A stretch of DNA of 64,000 nucleotides. Origin: Paraspadella gotoi. Its lineage: Eukaryota; Animalia; Chaetognatha. The position numbers were made by a program, and so were the translations under genes. The DNA lies in contig CM119269.1 in the NCBI GenBank assembly GCA_051294375.1, forward strand, positions 1,959,601 to 2,023,600. Direction: 5' to 3'. The notes below the pieces were generated by a model. It saw only the letters and a program-made list of their open reading frames with translations, was not told the DNA's origin and did no database searches. Shown here piece after piece: positions 41,518-53,605 of this stretch. Position 1 is the first letter of the stretch. Every line of letters begins with the position of its first letter.

Positions 41518-43120
41518 ACAGAGGTAACATTTAAATTAAATTCACTTTTTTGATCGAATGGATTGCATAAAAAACAAAACACAAATAAAACCAAAAAAAA
41601 GGAAACAGATAATTGAAAATGTATATACGTATTTGAACTGATGCTTAAACATTATGCTCCTTTTACGGCGAGAAAAACAAAGGCCCAGAATTATCCTTAA
41701 CCCTTGAGCGAACGTTTTAAAAGTTTTAAAACGGGGAAAAAAACTTTTAGGAAAAAAAAGAAGAAAATAAGTGAAAAAATATAGGAGGAGAAGAAGTTTC
41801 CTCTTCTACGTCTCACTACCAAGCACTCGTTATGCTTCGGTTGTCGAAAGGAAATCTCAGGTAGTTTGAAAAGTCTCTCTCTNNNNNNNNNNNNNNNNNN
41901 NNNNNNNNNNNNNNNNNNNNNNNNNNNNNNNNNNNNNNNNNNNNNNNNNNNNNNNNNNNCGACCCTCGCCGCACAGCACGTACCGATCGCGCCTATTCGC
42001 CTCACTACAACCTCCTTCACCCATCCCCGCCCCCCACCACAGCCGGTTCACGCACCCCCGTCCCACCCGCCGCCCCCACCTCAGCCCCTCACCACCCCCG
42101 CCGGTGGTTCTATGACGTCGAATCCTCAGAATTCTCCTCGGAGACCGTTCAAACTGACCCTCGCGCACAAAGCGACGGGAGCAAGACCCGAAAAAATCTC
42201 GTCTCTGGTGGTCGGTGCTGGGGACTGTCATGGTTTTAGAAAGTTGATGATACTACTTTTTTTGTCAAGTTCTACGTACATGAATACTGAATAGTTTAAC
42301 GTGAATTCGATTTTAAAAACTTGACTGCATTTAAAATAGATATTTATAGTCTTCAGATTATATATAATTAAAAATATTGAACATCATTTGGACGAGAACA
42401 TCTGAGGAATCGTGAATTTTCAAAGGCTGTGGTGAGCAAAGGGAAGCGATTTTTTTTGTGGTCGTTTAGAGGGAAAGAAGGAACTCTGGTGAGCATGGTG
42501 AGGCATGCTTGGTCGGGCATGGAGATAAGGAATCAGGCTCGGGGAGATGATTCGAGTTTCAACCTGTATTGCATTCGGGATTTCGGGTGGGAGTTTAAAA
42601 GATTCGTGAGGTTAGAGACGAGATCATTTAGAAAAAAAAAAAGGCAAAGAGGAAATAATGAGAAACAAGAAAGGAAATTCAAATGTTGTCTTGCGCCGCA
42701 GTGACTTTGTCATCCCGTTTATTTCCGTATATTTTCGACACATACTGCATTGGAATAACGATTTTTATTTTTTTTTTAGTTTAGATGAGATTTAAAAAAT
42801 AACCAATTGGCAGAAATACCGAGCGACCGACAGACCGACAGACCGACCGAGACGTGTATTATAGAGTTGCTCCGTAAAGTAAAGTAAAGTAAAGACAACC
42901 GGTTGGTCAAATAATAGTCAAATAATAGTCCTTTTAAAAAAAATGAAATGTTTTCTAAAGGGAAGTAAACAGAATGATCTACTCACGTCGGGCAGCATTA
43001 TGAGGTCGTTAAGTTTGTCTTAACCATAGCGCGGATCCTGGCCATGCCATTGTCAGTCTTCTTCACCATGTTCTCACCATGCGCTGGCCTTGACTGAGCC
43101 CGAGCGCGTCGCAGTCGCCG
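38690..43120 (+). repeat. Tandem duplication of about 2.3 kb (38690-41000 and 41010-43120)
   Basis: Anchors: 38760/41083 atggcgaaaccaggttatcaa, 39120/41428 ggtcacgagtttgaatccgcgcctcgg, 40500/42690 cttgcgccgcagtgac. The first copy follows a 25-N gap. Confidence 0.92.
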
Positions 43121-43309
43121 TCTTTGCCTCTCTCTGTTTTCTCGGGAGAGAGAAAACTATTAAAACAAAACAGTAAGAGGACGCCGTCGGTTCTGCTGGC
43201 TCTCTCCGGCGCCAACGGCTCTGTTTCACCTTGACGGCGGCGTGGTCTTTTTCAATCGTCTCTCAGACGCAACGTGTCTAGCACCATTTTAGTCTAGATT
43301 TCATTCCAA

Positions 43310-43425
<116 letters not shown>

Positions 43426-44059
43426 CCTCCAAACTCCTCTTCCTGCCAATGTCCAGTTGACAAGCGATGATCCCTTCCCTGATCCCCGTCGCCTTTGACC
43501 TTCCTTCTTTCTGCTCCGTTTATCTTTTGTCTCTCCTCACAGTTTATGCAAATTAAGAGGCCCATCTTTAATGGGCCACCCCGGCACTTCTTCTCATTAG
43601 GAAGCGTCGTTGTCCTTCTTTCCTTTGCTCTTCGTCTCTCTCTCTCTCTCTCGCTTTCTCGCTTTCTCGCTCTCTCTTTTTCTCTTCGGCACATCTGCTC
43701 GCATCTGGCATGTCGTCATGTCTTGGATTAGGACGCCGTCCAAGTTGATGCTTGTATATTGTGAGAATAATACTTTTGAAGAAATGAATACTATGCTTTT
43801 AATTAACTGTACTAAAAAGTGAAATTCAATTTTAGATTGCTCCCCTTTAATTTCATTTCGTAAAATTTTGCTGAATATGTTTATATTATAAACTTTAATA
43901 TAAACTTTTTATACAAGGTTTAACATGGAACGAGATCACAACAGAATACTTTAAATTTGCTTTTGATTCAGGCGCCTGCGTCAATATGGAAATTTAACGC
44001 ACGGAAATAAAAGAGCAACTTTAAGAGAGACCGGCGAACTTTTCAATTTCTTTGCTCTC

Positions 44060-47000
44060 TCTCTCTTCTCTCTCTCGCTTCTCCTCTCTCGTTCTCTCTC
44101 TCTCTCTCTCTCTCCGCGCTCTCCATCTCTCTCATGTCTTGTTTAATCGATTATTTATGTGCGCGGTGAATACAAAGAGAATGAAAAATCCCTTGCACTT
44201 CCTGATTGTTCTGCCTCTTTCCCTCCTCCGTTTTGAGGCGGCAAAGGATGTCGCGTGCAAGCGGTGGGAACAGGGGGGAGTGTGGTGGCTGTTCGGGACG
44301 TGAGGTGGAGAAAGGGAGGGACTTCAAGGGGCGTGGATCAAGAGGGGGAGAAGATAAAAAAGACAGAGGGTGATAAAGGGTTGTGAACGAAAAGGTACAA
44401 CAGGTCCGGAAACGAGACTCCAAATGAAAACAAGTTACGGACGTGAAACAAGTCGAGGAGTTGACGTCTCAGCGACGGTGCGGTGGGCGCTCAAAGCGGG
44501 GTGGCCGGCGGCCTGCGTGGCGCGGGTGGCAGTGGCGGTGCGTGGCGGCCGCGGGTTGCGGTGGCCGGTGGCGGTGGCTGGCCTGGACTCCGACGCGTGG
44601 GGGTGGCGGTAGCGGCGGACTTAACCGTAAGCCGGCAGATGATGAAAGGAATCCAGGTTAGAAGATATGGCGACGACGACGACAGCGATCGCCCTCTAGC
44701 TCATAGTGCGTCGAACGCAAAGAGTACAGAAGTAGCGACGCCTTCGCGTTTGCGGGTGAGAGTGAATGTGAATCACACAGAGACGCTCCCGTGATGCCTT
44801 GCACGATGGACGTCTCTTGCCGTTTTCACGGTGACTTTTCATCGTGTCAGCAGTCATTTCTATGCCGCTAAAGTGATAACTTCCCAATCGCAAGCTATTT
44901 CGACGTCTTCTCTTTTTCCCTTTTCTCTTTCGCTTTGCATCGAACTTGACTTATATGTTTATTGAACATTTTTCTATTTCTTAATATCTAACTTTCCAAA
45001 CTATACAGTCTTTTTTACGAGACTTCTTAGATGTTAGACCTCTTTTCTCTATTTAGCACTCAATTTTGCCTCCCTGAGTTCTTCTTTTCCTTTCTATATT
45101 TCCTTTCCTGTCCTTTTCTCCTCTCCCTCGTTCTCCTCCTCCTATCCTCACCCTCTCTGTTTCTCCTCCTTTTCTTCCTCCTCCTTTCCCCTTCCTCCTT
45201 TTCCTATCTCCTCCTCCCATTCTCACCCTTTTCTCGCTTTTCTCGCTCTCCTCTCCTTCCTCTGTCCTCAGCGGCCCTTTCTGACTTTTCTCCTGCTCTC
45301 TTATCTCCTCTCTCCTTCCTCACTCCTTTCCTCACTTTTTCCCTCTTTCTCTCTCCTCCTCCTTCCTCCACCCCTTTCCGTACTTTTCTCNNNNNNNNNN
45401 NNNNNNNNNNNNNNNATCCAGAAAAGGGAATCTCGCTAGTTCCCGAACTGTGGAGTTTGGTCAGTCAATTGAAATAAAAATCAAAGCCAACAACCCTTGA
45501 CCATCTTAGCAAACTTTTGATCCACTTCTTACCTCGCAATACGTATGGAAAGTGATGACATTGGCTCTAAGCTAATTGATTTGTCAAAATAGGCGCGATT
45601 ATACAAATTTTTTTGGTAACTTCTGGATATTAAAATTACAAAAATCACCCAGGATCGTCTCTACAATCTCTCACCCGTCGAGTCTTCAGCGGCGTGATAG
45701 ACGCCGTCCGCCGCCGCCACCGCCGAGGGCGGGCCATGCGTAACACCGCGAGCTCCCATCTGACCAGCGCGGGACGCCTGTCCGCTCCAAGAGAGGAGAG
45801 TGGGCGCGCCCGACCCTGCCGACCCGGAGAGTCGTGCTTAGGGCTCCGCCTCCAGCGCCGCCGCGACAGAGGGCGGGTCGTCGGGATGAGATGTGCAAGA
45901 GGAAGGACGGAAAAGGCGCCGGCGCAGCTGGGGAGGTGCAGCCGCAAGCAGTCATCGACCAGCATCTGCATTGTGAGGGAACACTAAAGAGAGAGAGACG
46001 TCCGAAGAGGCCGATTCATTGAAGTCGTCTCGCTTTTGGCAAAACTCTTAGTTGTTTCAGCAAATTTTGAAACCAGAAAACCCAGATCCGGAACTTCCTA
46101 CTGCTGGAGGACATTAAAATCTACTCCGCTAATTCAACTCACAGTTACCCATTACAGTGTGCATCTTCACCACTGATAACACCGTTCCATCGGCTGGCGC
46201 TTTAGACTGCGAGTCCAGTTTTGAAGTCGTCCGTCATCATCTGGGTCCTTGAAGAGTCGGGCTCCACCCAGCTTCTCCGCCGCTCTCCGTCTGCGGGCGG
46301 TCCTCGGGGCGCGTCGATTGAAATCAGGCGGCGCCACTCCGGCGGCTCGGAAGTCGCGTAGTGCACTGACACACCACACTTACTGACTAAATACGCACGC
46401 TACGCAATACCGATGCCCAGACTCTGCGAGACAGTACAGAGCGGGAGCTAGCATCACCGCTTCGAGACTGCCAGCCCGCTTCTTGCTTTCCTTCTTGTAA
46501 CGCCTATAGGAGAGTAGAGAGTCAGAGTGCGCTCCTGACGCTAACTATGTTCAGACCATTGTCGCAAGTAGCGCCGCGCAGGGCATCGCGGCGCGAAGAA
46601 GAGAGAGACGAGCAGGAGAGGACTGAGAGAGAAGACGAGAGAGAGACCGCGACGAGCAGAGAACAGAAAGCACACCGCCTGAGAACCTCGGCGGTAAACA
46701 AACATTTTTCTATTTAAATTTTCTTTAAATGTGTCGTTGTACCACATGTGACAAAGATACTTTCGTCCGGTAAGCCTTACTGTTAATTACAATTTTAATT
46801 ATCTACTTGAAACCAAGAAGCTATTTCATTATAAATATAACTATATTTTATTACATAGATATTTAATCTTTACTAACTCATTTCTCAATTTTAAGAGACA
46901 GCTCGAATTCATGCATAGTTCCAATGAACATTCGAACAAATGATCTTTAGAAAGTATAAGCTATTAAAAAAAAAGAAATTGATATAGTATAGAAAAAAAA

Positions 47001-48660
47001 GCCATCACCAGAATTCTTGGGACTTTTTTACAGTTAAAACTCGCGCATGAAAGAAGTTTGGATATCTTATATTTGTTTTGTCCTGATATACATTAGTATA
47101 TAAACGGATATAAGTTATATTATACCCTTTATTCTCGCACTTCACTCCCCCCATCAAGTACTTGCCCCCCCCACAATAAATCCAAATCCCGGCGACACTT
47201 TTTTTCACATCTCTTCGTCTCTCTCTCTCTCCTCTATCTCTTCTCTTCTCTCTCTTCATCTCTCGTCTCTCTCTCTCGCGTCCCATCTCTCTCATCTCTC
47301 CTCTGGTTTAATCGATTATTTATCGTCCGGGTAATAAAAAGAGACATAAAAATCCTTGACATTCCTGACTTGTTGCTGCCTCTTTCCCTCCTCCGTTTGA
47401 GGCGCGAAAGATGTGCGGATACTGGTGGATAGGGCGGCGAGTGTGTGGTGTTGAGTGCGAGAGAGCGGCGTAAAGGGGGTGATAGAGGGAGGTGGATCAA
47501 AGAGGGGGAGAAGATAAAAAAACAGAGGGTGACTAAAAGGGTGGAACGGAAAAGGTCAACAAGGTCGGAAACGAGACTCCAAATGAAACAAGTCTACGAC
47601 GTGTAGAACAAAGTCGAGGAGTTGACGTCTCACGGACCGTCGGTGGGCGCTTCAATGGGGTGGCGTGGCGGCCTCGTGGCGGGGTGGCAGTGGCGGTGCT
47701 GTGGCGCCGCGGGTGGCGGTGGCCTGGTGGGTGGCCTGGCGCTGGACTGCGCGACGCGTGGGTGGCGTAGCGGCGGAACTTAACCGAAGCCGCAGATGAT
47801 GAAAAGGAATCCAGGTTTAGAAGAATAGGCGTACCGACCGACGACAGCGACTGCCTCTCGTCTATAGTGGGTCGAATGCCTAAGGTATCAAAGCTAGCGA
47901 CGCCTTCGCGCGTTGCGGCGTGAGAGTGGAATGTGAAGATCACACAGAGACGCTCCGTTGATGCCTGTCACGATGGACTCTCTCGCGTTTCTACGGTGAC
48001 TTTCATCGTCGTCAGCATTCAGTTTTTGCTCGAAAGTCGATAACTTCACTCATCGCAAGGTTTTTCGACGTTCTTTTCTTTTTCCCTTTTTTGCTTTCGG
48101 CTTGCATCGACACTTGACTTATATGGTATTTGAAACATTTTCTATTTCTTAATATATAACTTTCAAACTATACATGCTTTTGTTAAGACTTCTTGTAATT
48201 CTAAGACCTCTTTATCTCTTTTAGCCACTCAATTTTGCCTGCCCTGATTCTGGTCTTTTCCTTCTTATTTCCTTTCTTCCTTTTCTCCTCTCCCTCTTCT
48301 CCTCCTCCTATCCTCCACCCCTTTCCTCATTTTCTCCTCCTCCTTTCTTCCTCCTCCTATTCCTCCCCACTCTTCCCTTTCCCCCCCTCCACCCCTTTCT
48401 CTTCTCCTCTCTTACCCCCTTCCTTCCTACGCTTTCCTTTCTCCTCTTTCTCTCTCCTCCTCCTTCCTCCACCCCTTTTCCACCTTTTGCTCCTCTCCTT
48501 TCCTCCTTTCCTCCTGTTCCTCCACCCTTTCCTTCGCTTTTCTCCTCTCTTCTCTACTCCTCCTACCTTCCTCCACCCCTTTCCTCATTTTCCCTCTTTC
48601 TTTCTCCTCCTCCTTCCCTCCACCCCTTTCCTCTCGTTTTCTCCTCCTCCTGTCTCCTCC
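44060..48660 (+). repeat. Direct duplicate pair, 44060-45390 and 47210-48660
   Basis: Anchors: 44141/47306 gtttaatcgattatttat, 44410/47568 gaaacgagactccaaatgaaa, 44770/47938 atcacacagagacgctcc. Confidence 0.9.
45416..47190 (-). other. Inverted noisy copy of 48905-50212, including corrupted copies of MEF2 exons 49383-49541 (near 46170-46505) and 49714-49969 (near 45670-45985)
   Basis: cttcttgctttccttcttgtaacgcctataggagag (46480-46515) is the reverse complement of the alpha-exon start; agcatctgcattgtgaggga is the reverse complement of the next exon start. Begins right after a 25-N gap. Confidence 0.9.
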
Positions 48661-49342
48661 TCCTCCTTTCCTCCCTGCCGCTCAACTCAACCTCTCAGCC
48701 TCTCCTCGATCCACTATAAGCTCTTCGATCAAGCCAAGATTTTCCCGGTTGCGACTTCTCCACATTAAACGACATGATCTGCATATGAATTGTCCATCAG
48801 AAAATTCTCGCTACTGCCATCCTTACTAGCCCTTCTTCTTCTACTCGTCTCCTGCTTCTCTCTCTCTCCTCCTCTCCTCCTCTCTCTCTTCTCTCTCTGC
48901 TCCGCGGTGATTGGATTTATTGTGGGGGGGAAGTATTTGGGGGGAGTGAGTGGAGAATAAAGGATATATATAATATATTATATATATGTATATCAGGACA
49001 ACAAAATATAAGATATCAAACTTCTTTCATCGCGATTTTACTGTAAAAAAGTCCAAAGAATTTGGTGATGGCTTTTTTTTCTATAATATCATATTTATTT
49101 TTTTTTAATAGCTTATACTTTCTTAAATCAATTTTTTGTCATGACTTCAAATCCGTTCTTAAAATTGAAAATATTATAATTTAAATATTGTAATAAATAT
49201 ACTTATAATTATACATAAACATAGCTTATTGGTTTTAAGTAATAATTAAAATTTTAAAGTAAGCTTACGAGAATATCTTTTCATGTGTACAACGACAACA
49301 TTTAAAGAAAATTTTAAAAAATGTTTGTCACCGTTCTCTCTT

Positions 49343-49380
<38 letters not shown>

Positions 49381-49382
49381 AG

Positions 49383-49541
49383 GCGTTAAACAAGAAGGAA
49401 AGCAAGAACGGGCTGGAGTCTCCTGACCCTGACTCCGGCCCCGAGGCGCCGTTCATGACCCCGAACCCCCACGGACCGGAGAAGGTGGAGCCCGACTTCA
49501 ACCAGATGATGACCACGCTGCACAAATCCAGAAACGCCACA
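49383..49541 (+). CDS. mef2: MEF2 alpha-type (HJURP-C-like) exon, ALNKKESKNGLESPDPDSGPEAPFMTPNPHGPEKVEPDFNQMMTTLHKSRNAT
   Basis: ALNKKE...ESPDPD and F.QMM match the MEF2 alpha exon. Acceptor (CT)n-ctatag|, donor ACA|gtgagt, 159 nt, phase 0-0. Confidence 0.93.
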
Positions 49542-49676
49542 GTGAGTTTTGTGAAGATTGCACTGTATGGTACTGTGAGTTAATTACGTAGATTTTAATT
49601 CTCCAGCAGCGAATTCCGTCTGGTTTTCTGTGTTCAAAATGCCTGAAACAATAAAGTTTCAAAACTACAACTTATT

Positions 49677-49712
<36 letters not shown>

Positions 49713-49713
49713 G

Positions 49714-49969
49714 TTTCCCTCAACAATGCAGATGCTTCGATCATCTTCGGCTGCACCTCCCCCACTCGCCGGCGCCTTTTCCTCCTCCTCTTCATCCTCA
49801 TCCGACGCCGCCCTCTCCGGCGGCGCTGGAGGCGGAGCCCTAACGACGACTTCCGGGTCCGCAGGGTCGGGCGCGCCCTCTCTTCTTGGAGCGGCGCCGT
49901 CCGCGTCGATGGGCCCCGGTTCCATGGCCGCCTCGGCGGTGGCGGCGGCGACGGCGCTCTATCACGCCG
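49714..49969 (+). CDS. mef2: MEF2 exon, Ser/Ala/Gly-rich region FPSTMQMLRSSSAAPPPLAGAF...AATALYHA
   Basis: GC-rich open frame (ORF 49726+). Acceptor (CT)n-tag|, donor G|gtgaga, phase 0-1. Confidence 0.85.
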
Positions 49970-50333
49970 GTGAGAGATTTAGAGACGTCCTGGGTGATTT
50001 TTGTAATTTTATCCAGAAGTTACAAAAATAATTTGTATAATCGTCGCCTATTTTGAAAATCAATTAGCTTAGAAAATTCATCAACTTTCATACGTATTAG
50101 GTAGAGTGGATAAAAGTTTGCTGAAGTGTCAAGTTCTTTGCTTTGATTTTTATTTCAATTAGACTGACCCAAACACTCACAGTCGAACTAGCGAGATTTC
50201 CCCATTTTCTGAATGTACTATGAAACGTCTGCTCGCCTTCTTTTCCTTTTCTATGTCAGCTGTGAATTCGGTATAAATTTTTCTCATTTCACCAAAGCTG
50301 CTTCTTTTAAGAAGGATTTTCTCACTGGCCAAA

Positions 50334-50365
<32 letters not shown>

Positions 50366-51485
50366 CCATGAGACGTCAAAATCGTCCTGGTCTCCTTCTG
50401 GTCATCAGCAGGGATCATGTTTGTCATCATCAGACGTTTCTTGTCCCGAGCCGACGCTTTATCAGTTTCCTCTCATCGTCCGATCCTCTTCCTCCTCCTC
50501 CTCCTCNNNNNNNNNNNNNNNNNNNNNNNNNNNNNNNNNNNNNNNNNNNNNNNNNNNNNNNNNNNNNNNNNNNNNNNNNNNNNNNNNNNNNNNNNNNNNN
50601 NNNNNNNNNNNNNNNNNNNNNNNNNNNNNNNNNNNNNNNNNNNNNNNNNNNNNNNNNNNNNNNNNNNNNNNNNNNNNNNNNNNNNNNNNNNNNNNNNNNN
50701 NNNNNNNNNNNNNNNNNNNNNNNNNNNNNNNNNNNNNNNNNNNNNNNNNNNNNNNNNNNNNNNNNNNNNNNNNNNNNNNNNNNNNNNNNNNNNNNNNNNN
50801 NNNNNNNNNNNNNNNNNNNNNNNNNNNNNNNNNNNNNNNNNNNNNNNNNNNNNNNNNNNNNNNNNNNNNNNNNNNNNNNNNNNNNNNNNNNNNNNNNNNN
50901 NNNNNNNNNNNNNNNNNNNNNNNNNNNNNNNNNNNNNNNNNNNNNNNNNNNNNNNNNNNNNNNNNNNNNNNNNNNNNNNNNNNNNNNNNNNNNNNNNNNN
51001 NNNNNTTTTGAACTTTCGCGCTCGCCTTTCCTCTCCTTCTCTCACTCCCACTTCCTTTTAATTTCATTCTCCCTTCCTCATTCCCTCTCGCCTGATTTCT
51101 CCTTTTTCTCCCTCAACCCATTTTCCTTCACACAAATCCTTCACATTCTTTGGGTCCCCTATCTTTCATTCACAGCCACTCCACTTGTGGTTTATTCTTT
51201 TAAGTTTTAATACTTACTTTAATACTTACAATTATATTTTATACTAAGATTCATTAAGATCAAAGGTAAAACTTCTTTCATTGATATTTTAAACTTTATT
51301 TCATTAATACTTTCCCTCTTCTTTTATTCCCCCTTTTCTTTATTTCTCCTTTTCCTTCGTCCCCTTTTCCTTTCCTTTCCTTTCCTTTCCTTCACAATCT
51401 CTCCTCGTTCACACCGAGTGACATATTTCTCCATTCGATTACGAGAGTCACCCGCCTCTTTCCTTCTGGCCTCGTCGTCATCTTT

Positions 51486-51517
<32 letters not shown>

Positions 51518-51877
51518 CTTCTTCATAGTCTTTCTCTTAGTCGTCTTCTTGTTCTTCGAATTCTTGACGTCATTTTTCAGACGAAAGACAAAGGAAAAAA
51601 ATAAATTTGATTAAATATATAATAGATATTTTCAAAATAAATATATTTCTAGATTGAAAATTAGAAAAAAGATAAGAAAAGGATGACAGACAAAAATGTA
51701 GTTCGACGCGAAGGGAACTTGGAAACGATTTTGGGTCATCTAGGACATTTTTAAACGAATTTGAGTGAAACTAATCCAGTCAGTCTGTCATTCTGTCGGT
51801 CGGTCAGTCGGTCAAAACAACCTCCAACGAACGCTTCGCAAAAGAAAAAAAAATCCCGGGGAGAGGAGAGAGAGAGA

Positions 51878-51912
<35 letters not shown>

Positions 51913-52509
51913 GAGGAGAGAGAGAAAGATGAGAGAAAGATAGAAAGAGAGAGAGTGTGACTTCATACAATTTTTTTTTCTTTTTCCACTTAAAAAAAAT
52001 TGGTAGAAGGAGAGAGGGAAAGATGAAGAGGGGAAGAAGAGAGAGATGAGAAAGAGAGAGAGAGAGTGATGGAAAAGAAGGGTGTAAGTGAGAAGGAAGC
52101 AGCGAGAGGGAACGAAGAGAGTTATTTTTAGGACACGGCGTTCTCGATCGTCGTCGGTCCCGTCGTTATCGTCCGTCGGCGAAGTCCGTCGTTTCTAGTC
52201 GCTGTGGATCAAACGCAGGAAAAGAATTGGGAGCCCTCTAGATGAGCTCTTCTAGGTCATTCAATCGAAAAAAACGAGAGAGAGCAGAGAGAGAGAAGAT
52301 TAGAAGAGAGAGAGAGAGATCGAGAGAGAGAGAGAGAGGAAAGACAAGAAAGAGAGAACGGTTTACAAACATTTTTTTTAGAGAAGAGAGAGAGCAGAAA
52401 ACAAAAAAAATAAGCATAGATGAGACTTAGCAAAATGATCGATATACCACCAACGGAGCAATAGAACATTTTTACCTAAATCGTTCTAGTTGTTTAATTT
52501 CTTAATCAG

Positions 52510-52580
52510 GTGGTACTTTTGGACATGACGCAATTCAACTCAGTTTTAAACGGGTTCACCAACGTCCGCTTAAAATCCTG
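52510..52580 (+). CDS. mef2: Probable MEF2 exon with homopolymer indel error(s); corrected reading may be GGTLDMTQFNSVLNGFTNVRLNPG
   Basis: Acceptor cttaatcag|, donor CCTG|gtgagt. At 71 nt it breaks phase as written. Removing one T and one A from homopolymers gives a 69-nt phase 1-1 exon with a MEF2-like GG..DM...NGF.N.R..PG motif. Confidence 0.55.
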
Positions 52581-52669
52581 GTGAGTTTAATTCAATTTAT
52601 CATATAACCACTTTATAATAAAAATATATTCGCCTATTTTCCAAAATCAAGCTTTTACTTTTTGCTTAG

Positions 52670-52699
52670 GTGGTCTACGAGTTCCAACGCAAACAAATG
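52670..52699 (+). CDS. mef2: MEF2 30-nt microexon, (G)GLRVPTQTN
   Basis: Acceptor cttttactttttgcttag|, consensus donor G|gtaagt, phase 1-1. LRV recalls the MEF2 PDLRV motif. Confidence 0.65.
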
Positions 52700-52970
52700 G
52701 TAAGTCTTTTTCTTTTAAAATTAATTCGCTTATAAAAGCGTTTCTATTTAAAAGCATTATTATCCGATGTATTACTGATATGTAAATTTAGTTTGTAAAA
52801 CGAAAATGTTTTCAATTGCAATAGTTTATTTTTTAAATTTGATGTTATCAAATTATGCAACATTGAAGTTGAGATATTTATATTATTTTAGGAAAAACCG
52901 ATAAAAATTAAGAGATTTCGTCTTTCTTTTATGCTGAAATCAGTTGTCGCGTCCATCGTTCGCCTCCTAG

Positions 52971-53051
52971 CGAGTCGTTGCCAGGACAAACCTGGCGAGT
53001 ATTTGGATTCGAACAACGGCGACATTCGCAACCTTCTGGGCCTCCGCCACG
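52971..53051 (+). CDS. mef2: MEF2 exon (A)SRCQDKPGEYLDSNNGDIRNLLGLRH; an alternative in-frame acceptor would start it at 52944
   Basis: GC-rich island in an AT-rich intron. Acceptor cgcctcctag|, donor G|gtgaga, 81 nt, phase 1-1, open frame. Confidence 0.65.
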
Positions 53052-53216
53052 GTGAGAATTTTCAATTAAAAAAAAATCAATTAAACGGAATTCACAAATG
53101 CAATTAGTTCACTTTATGACCAATGACTAACAATAAACTTTGATCAAGTGCAAAATATTCCTACTAGCATATATTTTAGTTTTTAAATAGAAATAACAAT
53201 CAACAATACATTAAAT

Positions 53217-53285
53217 AATTAATTAATTAATTAATTAATTAATTAAAGTTAATTAATAGATTAATTAAATTAATTTAATTAAATA
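53217..53285. repeat. (TTAA)n self-complementary tract
   Basis: aattaattaattaattaattaattaattaa plus degenerate extension. Confidence 0.85.
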
Positions 53286-53595
53286 AATAATAGTAAAAAA
53301 AACACATAAATAGATCTAAACTAGAACCTCATTATCGGGTTGATTAGTTTGAAAGTCCCGAAAGAAAAAGTAATTTTAATACTGATACTGATAGTGATAC
53401 TGATAGTGATAGGCGAAATGATCAGTGAGATACTCGACGACAAAAACGAAATCGATGACGACGAAATCCACAACTTAACCGTCAACAACAACGACGACAA
53501 CAACGACGACAACAACGACATCGCCGCCACCTGTCCAGCTTCCACTTCTCGCAGAGACTGACGACCCAATAAATGGTTTATGGCTTAACGCGCTT

Positions 53596-53605
53596 CTATT
53601 TATAG
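53596..53605. promoter_or_regulatory. Perfect MEF2 binding consensus CTATTTATAG in a MEF2 intron
   Basis: Exact CTA(A/T)4TAG match. Confidence 0.35.

Noticed and set aside
51400-51580. Acidic minus-strand coding segment (EKDYEEVDDD...)
   Set aside because: An in-frame stop lies just upstream and there is no acceptor; it shows that decayed (GAC)n mimics protein.
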